Source: Heptranchias perlo (Eukaryota). From it: a stretch of DNA of 64,000 nucleotides. The DNA lies in NCBI RefSeq assembly GCF_035084215.1, contig NW_027139246.1:434001-498000 (forward strand), written 5' to 3'. The number at the start of each line of letters is the position of its first letter. Within the stretch, counting starts at the first letter, position 1. The notes under the pieces were generated by a model that was not told the DNA's origin, ran no database searches, and saw nothing but the letters and a program-made list of their open reading frames with translations. A program made the translations under genes and the position numbers. Shown here one piece after another: positions 53,815 through 64,000 of the stretch.

Positions 53815-54528
53815 AAATGGTATTATTTTGATGTAGTACAAGAGCAGAGGGACCTGGGGGACATATTGATAAATATTTGAAGGCGGCAGGGCAAGCTGAT
53901 AAAGCGGTTAAGACAGTGTCTGGGATAAATCGGAGCATTGAATAAAAAACACGGAAATCACTCTAAAACTTTACAAATCTCAGGTTAGGCCTCAGCGTAC
54001 TGTGTCCAATTCTGGGCACCGCACTTTAGGAAGGGTGTCAAGGCCCTGGAGAGGGTGCAGAGGAGATTTACCAGGATGGTTCGAGGGGATGAGAGACTCC
54101 AGTTATGTGGAGAGACTGGAGAAGCTGGGATTGTTCTCCTTAGAGCAGAGAAGATTAAGGGGAGATTTAATAGAGGTGCTAAGAATCATGAGGGCTTTCG
54201 ATCGAACAAGTAGGGAGAAGCTGATTCCTTGGGTAAGTGGGTGGGTAAAATAATAGGCAAAAGAACTGGAGGGGAAATCAGGAGAAATATTTCGACACCG
54301 AGGGCTGTGAGATCTGGAGAGCACCACCTGAAGCGGTGGGGGGGGTGAAGCAAATTCCACAGGAAATTTCAAAAGGAAATTGGACCTGTACTTAACGCTG
54401 ATTCGCAGCGTTAAGGGGAAAAAGCTTGGGGAGTGGGATCAAATTGCAGACCTCTATCAAGGAGCTGGCACAGGCACGGCGGGCCGAATGGCCTCCTCCT
54501 GTGCTGTAAGATACTATGATTCTATTCT
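53815..54528 (+). mobile_element. Degenerate CR1 LINE fragment ending just before the GPCR exon 2 acceptor
   Basis: Broken ORF ([26 protein letters not shown]) and the tail GGGCCGAATGGCCTCCTCCTGTGCTGTAAGATACTATGATTCTATT. Confidence 0.88.
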
Positions 54529-54558
54529 CTAACTTCTCATCTCTCTCCTTCTTCACAG

Positions 54559-55472
54559 TTAATTTAGTGGCGATTGTGATCCTGTCCCGAGGAAGGTGCG
54601 GTCTCTCCAGATGTATCACTCGGTACCTGGTGTCCATGGCGGTGACGGATCTCCTGGTCATTCTCACGGCTGTGATATTAAACCGGATTCCTGGTATTTA
54701 TTTTCCGGGTAGTTTCCTGTCCATCACTCCCGTCTGTAGTCTCAGCATTACATTAATTTATGCATCAAGAGACAGTTCTGTCTGGTTAACGGTCGCTTTC
54801 ACCTTTGATCGATTTGTGGCCATTTGTTGCCAGAAGCTGAAAATTAAATATTGCACCGAGAAAACGGCGGCCGTGGTTATCGGGACGGTCTGTGCGCTGA
54901 TTTGTTTTAAAACTGTCCCCTGGTACTTTATGCACGAACCCGTCTACATAATTAACAAAATCCCATGGTATTGCAGACAGAAGGATATCCGTTATACATC
55001 AATTGTATGGACAGCATTTGATTGGTCTGATCGTCTTTTAACCCCTTGTCTCCCATTCATTCTGATTCTTCTGCTCAATGTTCTGACCGTCAGACATATT
55101 CTAGCGGCCAATAGAGCCCGCAGGAGACTCCGGGCCCACAGCAATGGAGAGAATCAGAGTGACCCGGAGATGGAGAGTCGGAGAAAGTCCATCGTTTTAC
55201 TCTTCGCCATCTCGGGCAGTTTTATCCTCTTGTGGATAACGTATGTTGTACAGTTCTTATATGTGCGAATTACAAACGATTACAACATCAAAAGCTTCAG
55301 TGATCCGAAGTTTATTCTGCAGGAAAGCGGAAACATGCTTCAGCTCCTGAGTTCTTGCACCAACACGTTTATTTATGCAGTGACTCAAAGTAAATTCAGG
55401 GAGGAGTTAACGAATGCGGTCAAATATCCACTGAATCTAATTGTTCAATTAATTATACAGCGAAAGGAATAA
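54559..55472 (+). CDS. Exon 2 of an intact class A GPCR, GPR139/GPR142-like (spliced product 327 aa)
   Basis: Acceptor CTCCTTCTTCACAG ends at 54558. The exon has TM2 MAVTDL, a TM3 Cys and FTFDRFVAIC (DRY variant), an ECL2 Cys (WYC), TM5 Pro (TPCLPF), TM7 SSCTNTFIY (NPxxY variant) and helix 8 SKFREEL. The ORF-track start at 54516 lies in a LINE tail and is not the true start. Orthology to GPR139 itself is not claimed. Confidence 0.92.
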
Positions 55473-55562
55473 ATTCCAATAATAATTCTGCCTTTTAAAA
55501 ATAAGAACCACTCTCAGCTGTTAACAAACCAGGAAACAAAGCTGGTTTGTTTTCAAATTAGT

Positions 55563-55568
55563 AATAAA
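55563..55568 (+). terminator. Candidate polyadenylation signal of the GPCR
   Basis: AATAAA lies 90 bp after the stop codon and about 105 bp before the 46-bp array. A second AATAAA overlaps the stop (55468-55473). Confidence 0.4.
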
Positions 55569-55673
55569 TCGGAACAGGAAACATTTCCAACTGTTGTGGC
55601 TTCCGTAAAATAATCACCACTGTAAGAGATTGATAACAGGGATTTCAGGTGCGTTGAGTTCTGGGATGGGGCG

Positions 55674-58600
55674 GGTGACCTCACTGTACCAGTGAGACAA
55701 ACATCCCAATTTACTGACAGGTGACCTTACTGTACCAGTGAGACAAACATCCCAATTTACTGACAGGTGACCTTACTGTACCAGTGAGACAAACATCCCA
55801 ATTTACTGACAGGTGACCTTACTGTACCAGTGAGACAAACATCCCAATTTACTGACAGGTGACCTTACTGTACCAGTGAGACAAACATCCCAATTTACTG
55901 ACAGGTGACCTTACTGTACCAGTGAGACAAACATCCCAATTTACTGACAGGTGACCTTACTGTACCAGAGAGACAAACATCCCAATTTACTGACAGGTGA
56001 CCTTATTGTACCAGTGAGACAAACATCCCAATTTACTGACAGGTGACCTTACTGTACCAGTGAGACAAACATCCCAATTTACTGACAGGTGACCTTACTA
56101 TACCAGTGAGACAAACATCCCAATTTACTGACAGGTGACTTTACTGTACCAGTGAGACAAACATCCCAATTTACTGACAGGTGACCTTACTGTACCAGAG
56201 AGACAAACATCCCAATTTACTGACAGGTGACCTTACTGTACCAGAGAGACAAACATCCCAATTTACTGACAGGTGACCTTACTGTACCAGTGAGACAAAC
56301 ATCCCAATTTACTGACAGGTGACTTTACTGTACCAGTGAGACAAACATCCCAATTTACTGACAGGTGACCTTACTGTACCAGAGAGACAAACATCCCAAT
56401 TTACTGACAGGTGACCTTACTGTACCAGTGAGATAAACATCCCAATTTACTGACAGGTGACCTTACTGTACCAGTGAGACAAACATCCCAATTTACTGAC
56501 AGGTGACCTTACTGTACCAGTGAGACAAACATCCCAATTTACTGACAGGTGACCTTACTGTACCAGAGACAAACATCCCAATTTACTGACAGGTGACCTT
56601 ACTGTACCAGTGAGACAAACATCCCAATTTACTGACAGGTGACCTTACTGTACCAGTGAGACAAACATCCCAATTTACTGACAGGTGACCTTACTGTACC
56701 AGTGAGACTAACATCTCAATTTACTGACAGGTGACCTTACTGTACCAGAGAGACAAACATCCCAATTTACTGACAGGTGACCTTACTGTATCAGTGAGAC
56801 AAACATCCCAATTTACTGACAGGTGACCTTACTGTACCAGTGAGAAAAACATCCCAATTTACTGACAGGTGACCTTACTGTACCAGTGAGACAAACATCC
56901 CAATTTACTGACAGGTGACCTTACTGTACCAGTGAGATAAACATCCCAATTTACTGACAGGTGACCTTACTGTACCAGTGAGACAAACATCCCAATTTAC
57001 TGACAGGTGATCTTACTGTACCAGTGAGACAAACATCCCAATTTACTGACAGGTGACCTTACTGTACCAGTGAGACAAACATCCCAATTTACTGACAGGT
57101 GATCTTACTGTACCTATGAGACAAACATCCCAATTTACTGACAGGTGACCTTACTGTACCAGAGAGACAAACATCCCAATTTACTGACAGGTGACCTTAT
57201 TGTACCAGTGAGACAAACATCCCAATTTACTGACAGGTGACCTTACTGTACCAGAGAGACAAACATCCCAATTTACTGACAGGTGACCTTACTGTACCAG
57301 TGAGAAAAACATCCCAATTTACTGACAGGTGACCTTACTGTACCAGTGAGACAAACATCCCAATTTACTGACAGGTGACTTTACTGTACCAGTGAGACAA
57401 ACATCCCAATTTACTGACAGGTGACCTTACTGTACCAGAGAGACAAACATCCCAATTTACTGACAGGTGACCTTACTGTACCAGTGAGATAAACATCCCA
57501 ATTTACTGACAGGTGACCTTACTGTACCAGTGAGACAAACATCCCAATTTACTGACAGGTGACCTTACTGTACCAGTGAGACAAACATCCCAATTTACTG
57601 ACAGGTGACCTTACTGTACCAGAGACAAACATCCCAATTTACTGACAGGTGACCTTACTGTACCAGTGAGACAAACATCCCAATTTACTGACAGGTGACC
57701 TTACTGTACCAGTGAGACAAACATCCCAATTTACTGACAGGTGACCTTACTGTACCAGTGAGACTAACATCTCAATTTACTGACAGGTGACCTTACTGTA
57801 CCAGAGAGACAAACATCCCAATTTACTGACAGGTGACCTTACTGTATCAGTGAGACAAACATCCCAATTTACTGACAGGTGACCTTACTGTACCAGAGAG
57901 ACAAACATCCCAATTTACTGACAGGTGACCTTACTGTACCAGTGAGAAAAACATCCCAATTTACTGACAGGTGACCTTACTGTACCAGTGAGACAAACAT
58001 CCCAATTTACTGACAGGTGACCTTACTGTACCAGTGAGACAAACATCCCAATTTACTGACAGGTGACCTTACTGTACCAGTGAGACAAACATCCCAATTT
58101 ACTGACAGGTGACCTTACTGTACCAGTGAGAAAAACATCCCAATTTACTGACAGGTGATCTTACTGTACCAGTGAGACAAACATCCCAATTTACTGACAG
58201 GTGACCTTACTGTACCAGTGAGACAAACATCCCAATTTACTGACAGGTGACCTTACTGTACAAGTGAGAAAAACAACCCAATTTACTGACAGGTGATCTT
58301 ACTGTACCAGTGAGACAAACATCCCAATTTACTGGCAGGTGACCTTACTGTACAAGTGAGAAAAACAACCCAATTTACTGACAGGTGACCTTATTGTACC
58401 AGTGAGACAAACATCCCAATTTACTGACAGGTGACCTTACTGTACCAGTGAGACAAACATCCCAATTTACTGACAGGTGACCTTACTGTACCAGTGAGAC
58501 AAACATCCCAATTTACTGACAGGTGACCTTACTGTACCAGTGAGACAAACATCCCAATTTACTGACAGGTGACCTTACTGTACCAGTGAGACAAACATCC

Positions 58601-61600
58601 CAATTTACTGACTGGTGACCTTACTGTACCAGTGAGACTAACATCTCAATTTACTGACAGGTGACCTTACTGTACCAGAGAGACAAACATCCCAATTTAC
58701 TGACAGGTGACCTTACTGTATCAGTGAGACAAACATCCCAATTTACTGACAGGTGACCTTACTGTACCAGAGAGACAAACATCCCAATTTACTGACAGGT
58801 GACCTTACTGTACCAGTGAGAAAAACATCCCAATTTACTGACAGGTGACCTTACTGTACCAGTGAGACAAACATCCCAATTTACTGACATGTGACCTTAC
58901 TGTACCAGTGAGACAAACATCCCAATTTACTGACAGGTGACCTTACTGTACCAGTGAGACAAACATCCCAATTTACTGACAGGTGACCTTACTGTACCAG
59001 TGAGAAAAACATCCCAATTTACTGACAGGTGATCTTACTGTACCAGTGAGACAAACATCCCAATTTACTGACAGGTGACCTTACTGTACCAGTGAGACAA
59101 ACATCCCAATTTACTGACAGGTGACCTTACTGTACAAGTGAGAAAAACAACCCAATTTACTGACAGGTGATCTTACTGTACCAGTGAGACAAACATCCCA
59201 ATTTACTGGCAGGTGACCTTACTGTACAAGTGAGAAAAACAACCCAATTTACTGACAGGTGACCTTATTGTACCAGTGAGACAAACATCCCAATTTACTG
59301 ACAGGTGACCTTACTGTACCAGTGAGACAAACATCCCAATTTACTGACAGGTGACCTTACTGTACAAGTGAGAAAAACAACCCAATTTACTGACAGGTGA
59401 CATTACTGTACCAGAGAGACTAACATCTCAATTTACTGACAGGTGACCTTACTGTACCAGTGAGACAAACATCCCAATTTACTGACAGGTAACCTTACTG
59501 TACCAGTGAGACAAACATCCCAATTTACTGACAGGTGACCTTACTGTACCAGTGAGAAAAACATCCCAATTTACTGACAGGTGACCTTACTGTACCAGTG
59601 AGACAAACATCACAATTTACTGACAGGTGACCTTACTGTACCAGTGAGACAAACATCCCAATTTACTGACAGGTGACCTTACTGTACCAGTGAGAGAAAC
59701 ATCCCAATTTACTGACAGGTGACGTTACTGTACCAGTGAGACAAACATCCCAATTTACTGACAGGTGATCTTACTGTACCTATGAGAAAAACATCCCAAT
59801 TTACTGACAGGTGACCTTACTGTACCAGAGAGACAAACATCCCAATTTACTGACAGGTGACCTTATTGTACCAGTGAGAGAAACATCCCAATTTACTGAC
59901 AGGTGATCTTACTGTACCTATGAGACAAACATCCCAATTTACTGACAGGTGACCTTACTGTACCAGAGAGACAAACATCCCAATTTACTGACAGGTGACC
60001 TTATTGTTCCAGTGAGAGAAACATCCCAATTTACTGACAGGTGACCTTATTATACCAGTGAGACAAACATCCCAATTTACTGACAGGTGACCTTACTGTA
60101 CCAGTGAGACAAACATCCCAATTTACTGACAGGTGACCTTACTGTACCAGTGAGACAAACATCCCAATTTACTGACAGGTGACTTTACTGTACCAGTGAG
60201 ACAAACATCCCAATTTACTGACAGGTGACCTTACTGTACCAGTGAGACAAACATCCCAATTTACTGACAGGTGACCTTACTGTACCAGTGAGATAAACAT
60301 CCCAATTTACTGACAGGTGACCTTACTGTACCAGTAAGACAAACATCCCAATTTACTGACAAGTGACCTTACTGTACCAGAGAGACAAACATCCCAATTT
60401 ACTGACAGGTGACCTTACTGTACCAGTGAGACAAACATCCCAATTTACTGACAGGTGACCTTACTGTACCAGTGAGACAAACATCCCAATTTACTGACAG
60501 GTGACCTTACTGTACCAGTGAGACAAACATCCAAATTTACTGACAGGTGACCTTACTGTACCAGTAAGACAAACATCCAAATTTACTGACAGGTGACCTT
60601 ACTGTACCAGTAAGACAAACATCCAAATTTACTGACAGGTGACCTTACTGTACCAGTAAGACAAACATCCAAATTTACTGACAGGTGACCTTACAGTACC
60701 AGTGAGACAAACATCCCAATTTACTGACAGGTGACCTTACTGTAACAGTGAGACAAACATCCCAATTTACTGACAGGTGACATGACTGTACCAGTGAGAC
60801 AAACATCCCAATTTACTGACAGGTGACCTTACTGTACCAGTGAGACAAACATCCCAATTTACTGACAGGTGACCTTACTGTACCAGAGAGAGAAACATCC
60901 CAATTTACTGACAGGTGACCTTACTGTACCAGAGACAAACATCCCAATTTACTGACAGGTGACCTTACTGTACCAGTGAGAGAAACATCCCAATTTACTG
61001 ACAGGTGACCTTACTGTACCAGTGAGACAAACATCCCAATTTACTGACAGGTGACCTTACTGTACCAGAGAGACAAACATCCCAATTTACTGACAGGTGA
61101 CCTTACTGTACCAGTGAGACAAACATCCCAATTTACTGACAGGTGACCTTACTGTACCAGTGAGACAAACATCCCAATTTACTGACAGGTGACCTTACTG
61201 TACCAGTGAGACAAACATCCAAATTTACTGACAGGTGACCTTACTGTACCAGTAAGACAAACATCCAAATTTACTGACAGGTGACCTTACTGTACCAGTG
61301 AGACAAACATCCAAATTTACTGACAGGTGACCTTACTGTACCAGTGAGACAAACATCCAAATTTACTGACAGGTGACCTTACAGTACCAGTGAGACAAAC
61401 ATCCCAATTTACTGACAGGTGACCTTACTGTAACAGTGAGACAAACATCCCAATTTACTGACAGGTGACATGACTGTACCAGTGAGACAAACATCCCAAT
61501 TTACTGACAGGTGACCTTACTGTACCAGTGAGACAAACATCCCAATTTACTGACAGGTGACCTTACTGTACCAGAGAGAGAAACATCCCAATTTACTGAC

Positions 61601-64000
61601 AGGTGACCTTACTGTACCAGAGACAAACATCCCAATTTACTGACAGGTGACCTTACTGTACCAGTGAGAGAAACATCCCAATTTACTGACAGGTGACCTT
61701 ACTGTACCAGTGAGACAAACATCCCAATTTACTGACAGGTGACCTTACTGTACCAGTGAGACAAACATCCCAATTTACTGACAGGTGACCTTCCTGTACC
61801 AGTGAGAGAAACATCCCAATTTACTGACAGGTGACCTTACTGTACCAGAGACAAACATCCCAATTTACTGACAGGTGACATTACTGTACCAGTGAGATAA
61901 ACATCCCAATTTACTGACAGGTGACCTTACTGTACCAGTGTGAGAAACATCCCAATTTACTGACAGGAGACCTTACTGTACCAGTGAGACAAACATCCCA
62001 ATTTACTGACAGGTGACCTTACTGTACCAGTTAGACAAACATCCCAATTTACTGACAGGTGACATTACTGTACCAGAGACACAAACATCCCAATTTACGG
62101 ACAGGTGATCTTACTGTACCAGTGAGACAAACATCCCAATTTACTGACAGGTGACCTTACTGTATCAGTGAGACAAACATCCCAATTTACTGACAGGTGA
62201 CCTTACTGTACCAGTGAGACAAACATCCCAATTTACTGACAGGTGACCTTACTGTACCAGTGAGACAAACATCCCAATTTACTGACAGGTGACCTTACTG
62301 TACCAGTGAGACAAACATCCCAATTTACTGACAGGTGACCTTACTGTACCAGTGAGACAAACATCCCAATTTACTGACAGGTGACCTTACTGTACCAGTG
62401 AGACAAACATCCCAATTTACTGACAGGTGACCTTACAGTACCAGTGAGACAAACATCCCAATTTACTGACATGTGACCTTACTGTACCAGTGAGACAAAC
62501 ATCCCAATTTACTGACAGGTGATCTTACTGTACCAGTGAGACAAACATCCCAATTTACTGACAGGTGACATTACTGTACCAGTGAGACAAACATCCCAAT
62601 TTACTGACAGGTGACCTTACTGTACCAGTGAGACAAACATCCCAATTTACTGACAGGTGACCTTACTGTACCAGTGAGACTAACATCCCAATTTACTGAC
62701 AGGTGACCTTACTGTACCAGAGAGACAAACATCCCAATTTACTGACAGGTGACCTTACTGTACCAGTGAGACAAACATCCCAATTTACTGACAGGTGACC
62801 TTAATGTACCAGTGAGACAAACATCCCAATTTACTGACAGGTGACCTTACTGCACCAGTGAGACAAACATCCCAATTTACTGACAGGTGACCTTACTGTA
62901 CCAGTGAGACAAACATCCAAATTTACTGACAGGTGACCTTACTGTACCAGTGAGACAAACATCCCAATTTACTGACAGGTGACCTTACTGTACCAGTGAG
63001 ACAAACATCCCAATTTACTGACAGGTGACATTACTGTACCAGTGAGACAAACATCCCAATTTACTGACAGGTGACCTTACTGTACCAGTGAGACAAACAT
63101 CCAAATTTACTGACAGGTGACCTTCCTGTACCAGTGAGAGAAACATCCCAATTTACTGACAGGTGACATTACTGTACCAGTGAGACAAACATCCCAATTT
63201 ACTGACAGGTGACCTTACTGTACCAGTGAGACAAACATCCCAATTTACTGACAGGTGACCTTACTGCACCAGTGAGACAAACATCCCAATTTACTGACAG
63301 GTGACCTTACTGTACCAGTGAGACAAACATCCAAATTTACTGACAGGTGACCTTCCTGTACCAGTGAGAGAAACATCCCAATTTACTGACAGGTGACATT
63401 ACTGTACCAGTGAGACAAACATCCCAATTTACTGACAGGTGACCTTACTGTACCAGTGAGACAAACATCCCAATTTACTGACAGGTGACCTTACTGCACC
63501 AGTGAGACAAACATCCCAATTTACTGACAGGTGACCTTACTGTACCAGTGAGACAAACATCCAAATTTACTGACAGGTGACCTTACTGTACCAGTGAGAC
63601 AAACATCCCAATTTACTGACAGGTGACCTTACTGTACCAGTGAGACAAACATCCCAATTTACTGACAGGTGACATTACTGTACCAGTGAGACAAACATCC
63701 CAATTTACTGACAGGTGACCTTACTGTACCAGTGAGACAAACATCCAAATTTACTGACAGGTGACCTTCCTGTACCAGTGAGAGAAACATCCCAATTTAC
63801 TGACAGGTGACATTACTGTACCAGTGAGACAAACATCCCAATTTACTGACAGGTGACCTTACTGTACCAGTGAGACAAACATCCCAATTTACTGACAGGT
63901 GACCTTACTGTACCAGTGAGACAAACATCCAAATTTACTGACAGGTGACCTTCCTGTACCAGTGAGAGAAACATCCCAATTTACTGACAGGTGACCTTAC
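55674..64000. repeat. 46-bp tandem satellite, at least 180 copies, continuing beyond the window
   Basis: Unit GGTGACCTTACTGTACCAGTGAGACAAACATCCCAATTTACTGACA is highly homogeneous, with occasional 44-bp variants. Confidence 0.99.

Overview
This is vertebrate genomic DNA, most likely from a cartilaginous fish (inferred from the CR1/DeuSINE/Penelope repeat families and the GPR139-like gene structure). There are no prokaryotic features and no CRISPR array. The first 10 kb hold two apparently intact T-cell receptor alpha/delta-type V gene segments, each with a split leader, a V exon and a 23-bp-spacer RSS, among LINE fragments. The first V segment is missed entirely by the ORF track. A long CR1 LINE (end of ORF1 esterase plus ORF2) is cut off at about 12,982 by a 36.8-kb tandem array of a 38/39-bp unit that contains kb-scale internal duplications. 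A 48-bp minisatellite follows almost directly, then an intact two-exon GPR139/GPR142-like class A GPCR (327 aa), then a 46-bp tandem array that runs off the window. Four unrelated-looking 38-48 bp tandem arrays cover about 47.5 kb (about 74%) of the window, and the many repetitive ORFs in the track are artefacts of them. Most notable are: (1) a GPCR gene enclosed by satellites, lying 3' of RSS-bearing V segments on the same strand; (2) a V leader intron expanded by a minisatellite that appears to supply its branch point; (3) a degenerate hammerhead ribozyme in a Penelope remnant.
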